64,000 bases of DNA from Octopus vulgaris (GCA_951406725.2 OX597820.1:21266001-21330000), one strand, 5' to 3'; shown: positions 28,029-41,546, counted from the first letter of the stretch. Notes: generated by a model from the sequence alone, not told the origin. Made by a program: numbers and translations.

Positions 28029-28083
28029 CCATTAGCGATAAATAAAATACATATAAACAGTTGTCCAGAAAGAAAACAGTTAA
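28029..28083 (-). CDS. Candidate exon
   Basis: Acceptor ctttgttgtttacatAG and donor GTaaga; 55 nt reading LTVFFLDNCLYVFYLSLM, phase 0 to 1. Confidence 0.25.
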
Positions 28084-28457
28084 CTATGTAAACAACAAAG
28101 GAAATAGAGTGAAACCTTATCTACTATTTAATAACAATTTTACTTGCTTACTTGCTTGCTTACGACAGACCATCAAAGGTGATGACAGCGTCGATCCAAG
28201 ACATTCGTTCTCCTCTGCCCCCTGTACATTGTTTCTCATGGGAGAGGGTGTGGCTGACAAGACTGATACAAGATAGGCAGATCCTGTGGCATTGAGGGCA
28301 CTGAAAGTGACCCTGAACAACAGCCAAGGCTGTCGTTAAGCCCATGCAACTCCTGTGGTTTCAGGGTACCTATGTGGTTGAGGGGACCCCATGTGAAGAT
28401 CAAAGTATGTAGATGAGTCATCCATTTACTTTGGTTAAGATATTGAACAAGACCCAA

Positions 28458-28574
28458 ACTATGCCACTATACCATATACCCACAGGCATATGGCATAGTG
28501 GTTAAAAGCATAGACTACTAACCCCAAGATTCCGAGTTTGATTCCAGGCAGTGACCTGATTAATAATAATAATA

Positions 28575-28635
<61 letters not shown>

Positions 28636-28800
28636 CAGCATCTTAGGAATGAGAACCCAGGTTCAAAATTTCTCCAAGACACCTGAAGAAGACTGGAGGG
28701 TATATCAGCCAAAACCTTGTGTTAACAACAAACAAGATGAAGACAAATATCTGTCAAATGTAAATAATGTACATAATTCCTCATCTCTTAAATATAGAAT
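28458..28800 (+). mobile_element. Second copy of the tRNA-head/Penelope-tail element, with short inverted head remnant
   Basis: Same head, (AAT)n and tail as 1983-2243. A short inverted head (cactataccatataccc) precedes it; decayed hammerhead at 28679-28722. Confidence 0.7.
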
Positions 28801-29299
28801 TAGAAGAACGAAACTATGTTAACTGAAAATTTCAAGAAATAAAATGATAATACACTGTACGTGTAAAAGTTCTTGTAAAAGTATTGCATTGTACCACGAA
28901 CGTCCCTACCCGAATATGTTCAGTAGGATAAAGTGAAATACTGAACTTCAGATGGAATAAAGTAAAATATAGCAATGAATAAAAGGTGTGTAGATTATGA
29001 ATTTTTATTGAAGGGATGGGGCCTCAAAACAAAACGTTGCAGGGGGCCTCTAAAAGTCAAGCAAAGTGCATGACAACAACTGCACGGAGTTGATGATGTT
29101 TATCCCTCTCTTCATGTAATCTCTTGTGTTTGGATTCAAACACTAGCATCAGACATGGACTTCCATGCCTTCTAATTAACAGTCAGATTCTCCAACTGAT
29201 TGAGGGTGATGCTGAATACATTTTAGAGACACTTGAGATGATCAGGAAAACTAAATTTTGGAAGTCCATAAGGCCTACCTCCAGTTTCAGTGTCACTGA

Positions 29300-30340
29300 T
29301 GAAAACTATCTGTAGAAGGCTCCCAATCCCAAAATTGCATCCCCTTCCTTATGTTGATATTGTTGCCTTCTCTGATCCTGAGAAGCATACTCAGCTGCAA
29401 TGTAGAATTCAAGATCTGCTCCTGTCTGTACCAGATCTTCAGGTTGCTGACCTAACTCTAGAGGAAATTTAATAACCTCTGGGACTCATCTCGCTATGCT
29501 CTACAAGACACTACCAAGGTAACCCTTGTGACAACTACACGTCACAACCCTGACTGGTTTGATGAATCAACTGAGGTCATACAACCCCTCCTGCCCGAGA
29601 AGAACAAGCTCCACAACATTGTTCTAGCCAATTCGAGCTCTGCAACCCTGCTCCAAAAATGGAAGAATGCTTGTACCACTACACAGTGTGTCATCAGGAA
29701 TGTTCAAAATGATTGGTGGTTTCAAAAGGTGGAAGAAATTCAATGTTCTGCAGATGAGAACAAAACCCATGAATTCTACACTTGATTACAGTAACTACTC
29801 TGGAGAGATCATCCAATGGCACCTTACCAAAATAAAAAGCTGTGGTACTTCACAGGTGGGCTGAATATTTTCAAGAGCTTCTCAACCAGGTCAACCTCAC
29901 AGACTCCATGGCACTTGAAGAGATTCCAGATCTTCCTATTCTGACTGTTTGACAACTCCCCAACACTTGATAAGGTCCAACAAGCCATCTGTGGTCTCAA
30001 AACCAAGAAATCTCGCAGTGATGATGGGATCCCAGGTGACATCTACAAGTATGGCAGGCCTCACCTCACATCCCATCTTCACTTTTTGTTACTTCTCTTT
30101 TGACAGACGAAGTTTATACCTGACAAGTGGAAACACTCCAATATTATCACAATCTACAAGTGCAAGGGAGACTGTACTGAGGGGCAATCTTCATTCTAGA
30201 TGACCTGGCAAGATCCTCTCTCGTATTCTCCTCCATCATCTTCTACTTCATCTTGTCAACCTGGATATGCTTCAGCTCCAGTGTGGATTTTGACCAGAAA
30301 GAAGCACCTCTGACATGATAGTTGTGGCCCATCTTCTTTC
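29300..30340 (+). mobile_element. Decayed RTE-clade LINE ORF fragment
   Basis: RHNPDWFDES, QNDWW, RWAEYFQELLN, DGIPGDIYKYG, IITIYKCKGD, GKILSRILL and QCGF..RSTSDMI motifs across frameshifts. Confidence 0.85.
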
Positions 30341-30686
30341 AGAAATTACAAATTTACAAAGTAAAAAAACAGACAACAAATGACAACAAGTATCAGACAG
30401 GTCATGTGGTTCAGGGGTTCTCTTTGCAACCATATGGGACCAGGCTTCATTCCACAGGGTAGCACTTAAGGCTAGTGTCTTCTACCAAAGTTCCTGGTCT
30501 GGCAAAATGCCTTGTGAGCAAGGGTCAAATTGTAAGTGCGAGTTGGAAAATGTGCAGAAGCTTATCATGTGTGTGTGTGTGTGTGTGTGTGCGTGCGTGC
30601 GCATGTGTGTGCGTGCGTGCGCATGTGTGTGCATATACATACATATGTACACACATATGTATGTATATTTTTGTCTCCTTGTCGCA

Positions 30687-30900
30687 TACCATAAATCCTC
30701 GAGTATAGTCCGCCCTTGAGTATAATACCCAGCTTAAGGTGTTTTCGCGCCCGACATCACAAAATGCGTCTGAATAAGCAGTGCCGGACAGCAAATAGAG
30801 ACTCGGACATTGCTTGGAAGATATTTTTCATTTTTAACCTTGTATATTGTACGCACTAGGGATTTTGACCTTTAAATTTTGGGAAAAAATGCAGATTACA
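30687..30900. mobile_element. Putative pogo/Tigger-like MITE remnant
   Basis: ta-ccataaatcctcgagtatagtccgc terminus with repeated gagtata/gtatat subterminal motifs. Confidence 0.35.
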
Positions 30901-31116
30901 GGAATAGTTGTAAATGAATGTCACTGTCATACACTTGGTGTCATTTCATTTCCAATATTCTGTGGAAAGAATGTCTGTCCATGAGGAATTATTACCTTAA
31001 TTGGAAACAGGTGAGGGTTAGCAACAGGAAGAGCATCCAGCTATAAAATATCTGAAAATATCTGCAACAACAAATTCTCTCTGACCTACACAAATATGAA
31101 AAAGTGGAAGCTGAAA

Positions 31117-31131
31117 TATGAGGATGATGAA

Positions 31132-31167
<36 letters not shown>

Positions 31168-31402
31168 AACGACGACGATGACGATGACGACAATGATGAT
31201 GATGACGAAGATGACGATGATGATGATGACGAAGATGATGATGATGATGATGAAGATGACGACGATGATGACGAAGATGACGATGATGATGACGAAGATG
31301 ATGATGATGATGATGATGACGACGACGATGACAACGACGACGAAGATGACGAAGATGATGATGATGATGATGATGACGAAGATGATGATGATGATGATGA
31401 TG
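31117..31402. repeat. (GAT/GAC)n microsatellite
   Basis: Seen directly. Confidence 0.95.
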
Positions 31403-31579
31403 CCATTGAAAATCTGAGAAAACTACAAAATCTTTTTACACATCTGAAAATACTAAATATATTTTAGTGTTTGAATGATAATGCATAATTACCCATGTGT
31501 AACCAAAGCTATTTTCAAACAACAGAAATTAATACTGTTTTATTATTTTTTTTCCGTTCGTTTTCATTTTCTTCTTTAC

Positions 31580-31719
31580 CGTTCTTAATGTTCTTGTAAC
31601 TAATGTTCCTGCAGCAGCTGTTATCGCTGATATTTTTGCAAGCATTGCAATAATCATGTAATTGCCTGTTGATGTTAAGCCATATCTACTTAGCCACAAC
31701 ACAACATAGATCAAATGAA
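31580..31719 (-). CDS. Candidate exon, hydrophobic peptide
   Basis: Acceptor cttatttcAG and donor GTaaag; 140 nt with a single open frame HLIYVVLWLSRYGLTSTGNYMIIAMLAKISAITAAAGTLVTRTLRT. No homology recognised. Confidence 0.3.
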
Positions 31720-32091
31720 CTGAAATAAGTTTAATCATTGCAAAGACACACTGTGGTATAAATATGAATGTAAACACAATCATTCTGTAACGTTGACGTA
31801 AGTGAAATAAAGAAGGAGGAAGTCTTCCTGATGGACCTTTTCACAGATTATTGAAACAGATTATAGGTGTAGGAGTGGCTGTGTGGTAAGTAACTTGCTT
31901 ATGAACCACATGGGTCTGGGTTCAGTCCCACTGCGTAGCACCTTGGGTAAGTTATTAGTGATGAGATATCAAAAGCGCACATAAAAAAAAATCAGGTTAT
32001 CTAGTACAGTGCTAGCCTAATTCATGATTGCTTTAAATAGCATTTGATCTATGTTACTGACAACAAAAGTAACCTATGTCTTCTCTGAGGA

Positions 32092-32508
32092 ACTCTTTAC
32101 TCTTTACTCTTTGACTTGTTTCAGCCATTTGACTGTGGCCATGCTGGAGCACAGCCTTTAGTCGAGCAAATCGACCCCAGGGCTTATTCTTTGTAAACCT
32201 AGTACTTATTCTATCAGTCTCTTTTGCCGAACCGCTAAGTTACAAGGACGTAACTACACCAGCATCGGTTGTCAAGCGATGTTCGGGGGACAAACACAGA
32301 CGCACAAACATATACACACACATACCCATATATATACATATATACGACAGGCTTCTTTCAGTTTCTGTCGACCAAATCTACTCACAAGGCTTTGGTCGTC
32401 CCAGTGCTATAGTAGAAGACACTTGCCCAAGGTGCCACGCAGTGGGACTGAACCCGGAACCATGTGATACGTAAGCAAGCTACTTACCACACAGCCACTC
32501 CTACGCCT
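32092..32508 (-). mobile_element. SINE family A
   Basis: Matches 735-1146. Confidence 0.85.
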
Positions 32509-32619
32509 ATATAGATGAAAAGATGAATTTATTATGACTCAGTTATGGCAATTTTATTTTTGTATTTGGTTAACAAAATTGGTAATGCAAGGATTTTGAC
32601 AAACATAAATGAGTGATTG

Positions 32620-32925
32620 ATTGTTTGTTCATTCTTGAGCTATGCCTGGCTCATAAGGGCTGGTTTCCCGGTTTCCTTGGTGTATAGGTTCTCCACCTGG
32701 ATGGAATGCCAGTCCATTGCAGGTGAGCTGCAAAATGCAGGAGGAAAGAGTGAGCGAAAGTTGTGGCAAAAGAGTCAGCAGAAGTTCGCCATTACCTTCT
32801 GCTGGATCCGCATGGAGCTTAGGCGTTTCGCTCATAAACACACACATTGCCCGGTCTGAGATTCGAACCTGTGACCCCTCAACCGCGAGTCTGCTGCTCT
32901 AACCACTAGGCCATATGCCTCCACT
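32620..32925 (-). mobile_element. tRNA-derived SINE family C
   Basis: Minus-strand head gtggaggcatatggcctagtggttagagc..ggttcgaatctc; copies at 41770-42077 and 58178-58436. Confidence 0.85.
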
Positions 32926-33332
32926 ATTGATTGATTAACAGCACGATAAATGAGATAATTGATTAGTTAATTGGTTAAATTGTGAACTGATTGATAAATA
33001 AAGAAGTGAAATACAACTGGTGCATGTGTTTATTATTAGCATAATGACCCTCACCAGATACAGCAAAATATAGCAGTTTCCCCTTTACTTATATTGCTCA
33101 TATAGCTAAGACTGATCTGAATGTCACAAAGTCTTATTTCTCACTCAACCTCTTTTATAAATCGAAGTTAAATCTTGCCAGTCTAAATATTTCATCAACA
33201 CTATTTAATTGTCTTCATGACTAAATAATAACCATGGACTTATCCAAATACAAGTTCTTTATTAGATTGCTATGATTTATTTTTCTCAGTGAAAATCACA
33301 TAGTTATTTCATTTCATCATCATTATCATCAA

Positions 33333-33365
<33 letters not shown>

Positions 33366-34574
33366 TTAATGTCTGTTTTCCATGCTAGTATGGGCGGGAT
33401 AATATAATTTCAATTTTCAGTTCGTATATTTGTTGATGTCATTATTTCTCAATGCTGTTTCCTTTCAGATTCTAGGTTGTCTTCCATACTAAATAGAATA
33501 GTAAACCATTTTTTTTTCTCTCCATAAACTTTAAAAAATATCCTTCCACTTTCTCAAAAAAAAAAAAAAAAATCACAAAAAGATTTAAAAAAAATAAAAG
33601 TTAATTATCTACGTTATTTATTTATTATTATATTCTATGATTTGCTTACTCTGCTGTGGTCTGCAAAATATATTTACACACTTCCTTGGTCAAAGTAAAC
33701 TTAAATGAATCATACCAACTCCATTCAATTGTTAATATTTTGTCACCACATTTGTGTTTATCTAATTATAAACTCTGCCTCCACTGCTAGTCTTTCAATT
33801 ATAACCAACTGTACCAACTGTTTTTACACTATATTATTTTTTGGGGTTTGTATTTTTCTGCTTTTATAAACAAGAACAGTCGAAACTACATGTGATTTTT
33901 CTATGTACAAATTTTCCGTCCAACATTTATGAATGAGTGTCTGGCATAGAAAAAAACAAAAAAATGTATGTCTGAAAAATTTTACATGAATAAAACCATT
34001 CATATCGGAGACAAGAAAATATTTTATCATCACCACCACCACCACCACCACCACCACCACCACCACCTCCACCACCTCCACCGCCACCACCATCTCCACT
34101 GCCACCACTACTCTCATCATAGTCATCATTTAACATCTGTTTTCCGTGCTGGCATAACAGGAACTGACTTGCTAGAGGATTGCACCAAGTTCCAATGTGA
34201 GCTGTGGTAGGGTTTCTATGGCTGCATGCCATTCCTTATGCCAGCCACCACAGAGTCTACTGAGAGCTTTTTTTTTAAGGGTACCAGCACTAGTGAGGTC
34301 CCCAAGTAACATGTAATATGAGCCCCAAGGCTCAGTAAGGTATTAATGAGAAAATGTTAAACAATTAATTCTTGAAAATATTGGAAACTTCAGGAGTAGT
34401 CATGATACCAGTACTTGACTGGTACAAGAGATAAATGACAAAGTTGACCCTAAAATAATTTGAAATTAAAATGTAAAGGGCCAAAACAAATTCTGCAAAG
34501 TATTTCATATAATGATCAACTAATAACGTAATACTATGGTCATAAATTACAAGTATTTCATACCACAAAATGTT

Positions 34575-34823
34575 TTTGCAGTAAAGATAGTTTACCAACA
34601 TAACACGGCAGTCCTGGTTTAGGACTAATGTTGTAATTTAGTCTCCAGCTGGCTATATGACACGATCTGTGTCCTGTCCTTATATTTTCGAAACAAGGGT
34701 ATTCCCTTGTTTCGAAAAATATAAGAACATAGATTCTGGATGTCTCCTGGGGCTAAATTACAGAAACATTAGTCCTAAACCAAGACTGCCATGTTATGTT
34801 GGCAAACAATCTTTACTACAAAG
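34575..34823. mobile_element. Palindromic MITE-like element
   Basis: Outer inverted arms plus a central near-perfect hairpin cttatattttcgaaacaaggg-tatt-cccttgtttcgaaaaatataag. Confidence 0.7.
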
Positions 34824-34861
34824 TACTGTTGATGAATATCTCACGTTGTGAGATTTAGATT

Positions 34862-35260
34862 TCTTTTACTTGATTCAGTCATGTGACTGAGGCCATGCTG
34901 GAGCACCGCCTTTAGTCGAGCAAATTCACCCTTATTCTTTGTAAGCCTAGTACTTATTTTATCGGTCTATTTTGCTGAACCGCTAAGTTACAGGGACGTA
35001 AACACACCAGCATCAGCTGTCAAGCAATGCTGGGGGGACAAACACAGACACACAAACATATACACACACATATATATATGACGGGCTTCTTTCTGTTTCT
35101 GTTTACCAAATCTGTTTCCGTCTACCAAATCCACTCACAAGGCTTTGGTCGGTCCGAGGCTATAGTAGAAGACACTTGCCCAAGATGCCACGCAGTGTGA
35201 CTGAACCTGGAACAATGTGGTTCATAAGCAAGCTACTTACCACACAGCCACTCCTACACC
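34862..35260 (-). mobile_element. SINE family A
   Basis: Matches 735-1146. Confidence 0.85.
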
Positions 35261-36274
35261 TACTTATTATTTTTTACTAAAATTTTTGTTGCGACTTGCA
35301 ACCTTTTCAATAGTCATTGATTCTGTCCATTATTAGAATTGTATTCTCTTTTTCTTTGTTTTATGTTTTTTTATTGTTTTTGTATACATGTGTGTACGTC
35401 AGTGTGTGTGTGTGCATACGCATATGTATGTATGTATGTATGTATGTTAAGTATGTATTTATGTATGTATGTGTATATGAATGTATTATGTGTGTATGCA
35501 TGTATCCGTGTGTGTGTACATGTATATATATATATATATGTATTCATGTCTGTGTGTGTATGTATATATACATGCATGCATGTGTACACATTTGTATGTA
35601 TTCTGCATGTATGTGTGTATGCATGTGTGCATGTATGCATATATAGGTGTATGCATGTGTGCACGTTTGTATGTATGTATGTATTCTTGATATCCATGTG
35701 CTTGTGTGTTCATGCTTATGTTTGTATGCTTGTGTTTGTGTGTGTGTGTGTGTCTGTTTGTTTGTGTGTCTGTTTGTCTGTATGTGTGTGTGAGTGTACA
35801 TATTTGTGTGTGTACCTTTGTCTCCTTGTGTGTGCATGCCCGATAATGGACAGAATTAATAACTATTGAAAAGGTTGCAAGTCGCAATGAAAATTTTAGT
35901 AAAAAATATTAAGTAAATGAGTGGAAATCAGACCAGTGTGTGTGTTAAATTAGTAAGGCACTAAAAGAGAATGACTCTCGTGCGGGGGCATATGTGTAGG
36001 TATGAACAGGCGCTCTTACGCGAATACTATGAACTTTTTTACCCCCTTACTTTTACTCCCTCCCCTTACTTAGCGGTCATTCTAATAGCTCCTTTGTCTT
36101 AATAATGGTCAATCACACAGTAATTTCCTTTTGTATAATGGTCATTTTTCATAGCATTTTTTGATGGCCGGATAACTGAAGAGATGGCGGCATGGATTTC
36201 CACCTCAGCATCAGAAACTCAGAGTTTTATCATGGCTACCAAATAATTGTCTCATATTACATTTACACACATAT

Positions 36275-36366
<92 letters not shown>

Positions 36367-36459
36367 GCATATAAATAAATAAATAAATAAATAAGTATAT
36401 ATATATATATATAAGCAATAAATCTCTGAGCGAGATATAAACAGTAGCAGCATAATCTC

Positions 36460-36679
36460 GTGTAGTATATTTGCTGCCTAAATGTGGCTGACCCATAAGG
36501 GACGATGGTATTGTAGTCAGGCTGGAGATGGGAACGATGATTTCCCTTTGCAAATACTGACAGGGCACAGACAGTGTCAATAGCCAGCTGGAGGAGATGT
36601 CTTCCTGGGGCTATAAATTACAGTAGCATCGTCCCATATGGGTCAGCCACAGCCACATTTAGGTGACAAACATACTTCA

Positions 36680-36680
<1 letters not shown>
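36460..36680. mobile_element. Palindromic MITE-like element related to 34575-34823
   Basis: Inverted arms cctaaatgtggctgacccat / atgggtcagccac..catttagg; shares cctggggcta..aattacag with the other element. Confidence 0.55.
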
Positions 36681-36759
<79 letters not shown>

Positions 36760-37037
36760 TAGGGAATATAATTCCAAAACTTACAGGGAAAAATTCAATT
36801 CAACAATTTTAAATCAAATTTCACAATATATAATATATATATATAATTTAGAGAAGAACCAATATTAAACAATTCAATAAAGAAAGATGTTATTCACACC
36901 ATATAGAAAACATATAGTATAAAAAAACCTTATTTATTGTACTTTATTGATTTAAATTAAGGTTTTTTTATAGTATATGTTTTCTATATGGTGTGAATAA
37001 CATCTTTCTTTATTGAATTGTTTAATAGTGGTTCTTC

Positions 37038-37097
<60 letters not shown>

Positions 37098-37100
<3 letters not shown>

Positions 37101-37504
37101 AGTGGCTGTGTGGTAAGTAGCTTGTTTACCAACCACATGGTTCCGGGTTCAGTCCCACTGCGTGGCACTTTGGGCAAGTGTCTTCTACTATAGCCTCGGG
37201 CCGACCAAAGCCTTGTGAGTGGATTTGGTAGATGGAAACTGAAAGAAGCCCGTCATATATATGTATATATATATATACGTGTGTGTTTGTGTGAGTGTGT
37301 TTGTCCCCCTAGCATTGCTTGACAACCGATGCTGGTGTGTTTATGTCCCCGTTACTTAGCGGTTCGGCAAAAGAGACCGATAGAATAAGTACTGGGCTTA
37401 CAAAAGAATAAGTCCCAGGGTTGAGTTGCTCGATTAAAAGCGGTGCTCCAGCATGGCCGCAGTCAAATGACTGAAACAAGTAAAAGAGTAAAAGAGTAAA
37501 GAGT
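37098..37504 (+). mobile_element. SINE family A
   Basis: Matches 735-1146. Confidence 0.88.
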
Positions 37505-37597
37505 ATATATATATATACCATTGTAATTATTAATCATTTTTGAAAATACCTTGATGACATAACTGACCTTCTAATGTTTTTCATTTATTTCCTTTAG

Positions 37598-37707
37598 GGC
37601 AAAGGTTTGATGCCTACGTACTGGCTGGTTGGTGAAAAGAAAGATCCCAACACTAAAGAGAAACTAAGGATGTATTGGGAAGAGTTTTGTAATAATGAAA
37701 TAGTTGG
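37598..37707 (+). CDS. Exon of a class III nucleotide cyclase (probably guanylate cyclase), end of catalytic domain
   Basis: Acceptor ttcatttatttcctttAG and donor GTaagt flank a 110-nt open exon: GKGLMPTYWLVGEKKDPNTKEKLRMYWEEFCNNEIV(G). This matches the K|GKGxMxTYWL motif, with the phase-0 intron position known from receptor guanylate cyclases. Confidence 0.85.
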
Positions 37708-37873
37708 GTAAGTTCAAGTCAAATTCCATTGCCAAATTTTGTTATCCCATTTTTACACCCTCATTGCAGTGCCAGATTAAGCTGGCACGGGGCCTTTAGC
37801 ATATGTTAGGGACCCACAAGTCAGTTGCTATTGTTTTGTTAGATGTACATTCCATCAAGGAGTTAAATATATT

Positions 37874-38085
37874 CTTTTACTCTTTACTCTTTTACTTGTT
37901 TCAGTCATTTGACTGTGGCCATGCTGGAGCACTGCCTTTAGTCGAGCAAATCGACCCCCAGAACTTATTCTTTGTAAGCCTAGTACTTATTCTATTGGTC
38001 TCTTTTGCCGAACTGCTAACTTATGGGGACGTAAACACACCAGCATCAGTTGTCAAGCGATGATGGGGGGACAAACACTGACACA

Positions 38086-38125
<40 letters not shown>

Positions 38126-38295
38126 TACATATATACAACAGGCTTCTTTCAGTTTCCGTCTACGAAATCCACTCACAAGGCATTGGTTGGCCCAAGGCTA
38201 TAGTAGAAGACACTTGCCCAAGGTGCCATGTTGTGGGACTGAACCCAGAACCATGTGGTTGGCAAGCAAGCCACTTACCACACAGCCACTCCTAC
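37874..38295 (-). mobile_element. SINE family A
   Basis: Matches 735-1146. Confidence 0.88.
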
Positions 38296-38609
38296 ATGCA
38301 ACAGCATATTTGGATGGAATGAGGTGATTGAATATGTATGTTTGGACACACATAATTTGATGTGACTGACTGTATTAAAGTATTGAAGGCTAATCACAAA
38401 ACACTAAGCCTTATGAAGGAGATGACAGAGAACAGAGATATGTGGCACATTACTGTACTCAAGGAGACCTGCCAACCTCAACGAAATTGATATCCAAAAA
38501 CTAAGGTGCTATGTAAGAAGTGTAAGAACTGGTGTTGTTGTTAATGCTGGTGCTGCATAAAAAATGGTGGTGGTAGAGCCATATAAAAAGCACCCACTAT
38601 ACTCTATAA

Positions 38610-39102
38610 AACTGATATGAACACCATCCAGAGCCAGTCACTGAGGGGGAAAATGTTATCATCCTATGGGATTATGAGATGCATACAGACAGGTAAATAA
38701 ATACTAACTGACCAGACATCGTCATCAAAGACATAAGACAAAAAACATGCCTGTTAATTGATATGATAGCGCCTTCTGATAGGAACATCTCAGCAAAGGA
38801 ATTTGAAAAACTCACAAAATGTAAAGACCTTGAGATTGAAATATCTAGGACTTGGCAATTAAAAGCCAAAACCATCCATGTTGTTGTAAGTGCCCTAGAA
38901 ATGATCAAGAAAGGTAGTGACAAATTTTTTGACAAGATTCCTGCGAAAACAACAATCTATGAGACTTTAAAATTTGCTTCGACATCAACCACCCACATTC
39001 CCAGAAAGTTTCTCTCCTTCAGACATATACGTGCCTTAGGTGTCTGGTTGAGACCTGGCCAAAATATGAAATAAAATGCAAATCAACCAGAAAATAATAA
39101 TA
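38610..39102 (+). mobile_element. R4/Dong-like LINE 3' fragment
   Basis: YEHHPEPV..ILWDYEMHTDR..PDIVIKD..LLIDMIAPSDRNISAKEFEKLTKCKDLEIEISRTW, with stops; ends in an (AAT)n tail. Confidence 0.85.
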
Positions 39103-39549
39103 AGTGCCTGCTTTCTGAGAGTCTTTCAGAATAACAACAACAACAACAACAACAATATGACCTTAACCAGTTGACCATGTCCCTTAGTGGCTGACGATAT
39201 GTGCATCTCCGATCACAAGCATAAGTAGTCAGGGAGCATTATAGCCATGTGTTGAAAGGAATTCTCAGAGGTTTGGATAATTCACCTTTGGAAACATGGG
39301 TGATTCATTCAACATCCTTAAACAACCCTTATTCAGGGACCTTTTGAGTGAGATGGGCTACTCTACCTGAAGACGATTCTAACTGGGCTCCACCTGCAAG
39401 GTCATGTGCTGTTAATCTTGATATGAGACCGCCATGTTATATACATATGGCTATGATGCATGTACCTAGTGTACCCTTATCAGGCAGGTAGTCATGATGG
39501 GTATACTGGGCTTTGTATATTTTACCCTAGTGTTACTTTGATGGCACTC

Positions 39550-39601
<52 letters not shown>

Positions 39602-40482
39602 GTTTGAAATTTTGGCACAAGGCTAAGAAGTTTGAGGGAAGGTAATTAATCAATGTCATCAACTTCAGTACTTTTATGATACGCTATTTTATCAGCCCCA
39701 AAGGGATGAAATGTAAAGTTGACCATGATGGGATTTGAACTCAGAGCCTTAGGAAATGGAAGAAATACTACCAGGCTGTTATTCTGGCATGCTAAGGATT
39801 CTGCCAGCTCATGATAAATAGAAATTTCACTCAAATTACATTTACATCATTAAAATGTCATAAGATGAAGACTGACACACAATGGTTGTCAGTTGAAGAT
39901 GTTAGTCTGAGGTTTAAAGGGTTCTTCAGTTCAAACTTTATCTCAACCAATGAAAAAGCAAAGCAGAACTGTGTATTTTTGAACAGGACGCATAATTCAA
40001 TTTGTCATGGTGTTCATAACAGATGAAACAGGTTGCATTACTACATTACGGCTGTGTATTAGCTGAAGGAAGGGCAACACACTGGGAAAATAATCACTGT
40101 ATCTACAAAAACATTCCACAAAAGCAAGGAAAACCAGATATAAAAACAACAAAAAAGAAAACAAGAAAACAAGAAAGAGGGTAATTTACATCAGCAACAT
40201 ATAAAAAAAAATGTTATGTTATGATTTTCAACAGAGAGGAAACACTATTAAAATATGTGAAACATTCTAATTGTACTTAAAAGCCAGAAGAGGTTCAGTA
40301 AATCTTTTAAAGGAAGTTTCTGTAATTTTTCTATGTAAACATTCATTATTTCAAAAGAAAATTAACTCATTGTTTTCTGAAAATTTGGGAAACATCAAAA
40401 GAGTTTCCTCAATGTAAAAACCAGACTTTGAAGACAAACCGTCTCCCATTTGAATGTTGTAAAAACTTTAATACTAATAATG

Positions 40483-40608
40483 TGTAGCTTGCTTACAAAC
40501 CTCCGGGTTCAGTCTTGAGCAGGTGTCTTCTACTAAAGTCACGGGCTGACCAAAGCCTTGTGAGTAGATTTGGTAGACGGAAACTGAAAGAAGCCTGTTG
40601 TATATATG

Positions 40609-40643
<35 letters not shown>

Positions 40644-40858
40644 ATATTTGTGTGTCTGTGTTTGTCCCTACAACATTGCTTGACAACCGTTGCTGGTGTG
40701 TTTACATTCCCATAACTTAGCGGTTCTGCAAAAGAGACCGATAGAATAAGTACTAGGCTTACAAAGAATAAATCCTGGGGTCGGTTTGCTTGACTAAAGG
40801 CGGTGCTCCAGCATGGCCACAGTCAAATGACTGAAACAAGTAAAAGAGTAAAAGAGTA
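40483..40858 (+). mobile_element. SINE family A
   Basis: Matches 735-1146; head partly deleted. Confidence 0.8.
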
Positions 40859-41171
40859 AGGCATTCAAAAATAGTCTAAATTCAAAGTAAACTAAGAAAA
40901 TATCTCTAACAGATGAAAGCATAGAAAAAGAATTTTAAGATTAAATAAAATATTCTAAGCATATCTAGTTTAGTATTGAACTTTTGATGACATCAGTAGA
41001 CAACGAAAGAATAAAAAATAAACATTGGTAACATAGAAATTGTACATCATTACAATTAGTTATCTATCAATTAAATATGGTAAAAGAAATTTTAGAAAAA
41101 TTATGCATATTAGATTATCGGAAACGCAATTATAAAAAAAATGGGTTATTTTATATAGAAATACTAGCATA

Positions 41172-41546
41172 CTAGCAGTATTACCCGGTGTTGCTCGGGT
41201 TTATTTCAACCCTTTGAAAAGTAAAAATTTTGCATTATGTAGCTTGTTATTCTCTTTAAGTGAACATTTTTCTGGTTGAAATACATCAAAAAATGGCGAC
41301 ACAGCAGTCAAAAAATAGTAAAAAATTGGGATTTTCATAGAAAAAAAGCACCTTTTTGAATTAAATAACTTTTGGTGTTAACATGGTCCGATTTGAATTT
41401 TTTTCTTCTATGGAAGGAAGAGTAAGCCTTCTATCATACTCTCAATTTTGGTCAACTTGTGCCACAGGGTCTCAGAGGAGATAGTGTTAGTTGAAGGCTA
41501 CCGAACCTACCATACACAGACAACTTCAGCTTTATATATAGAGGGA
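41172..41546 (-). mobile_element. Related Helitron-like element with a different interior
   Basis: Same 3' terminus (cccgagcaacaccgggtaatactgctag on minus) and similar tc..tctatatataaa 5' end. Confidence 0.6.

Noticed and set aside
32850-32925. tRNA gene
   Set aside because: The A/B boxes belong to a SINE head that continues into a multi-copy body; no complete cloverleaf is evident. The same applies to the other SINE heads.
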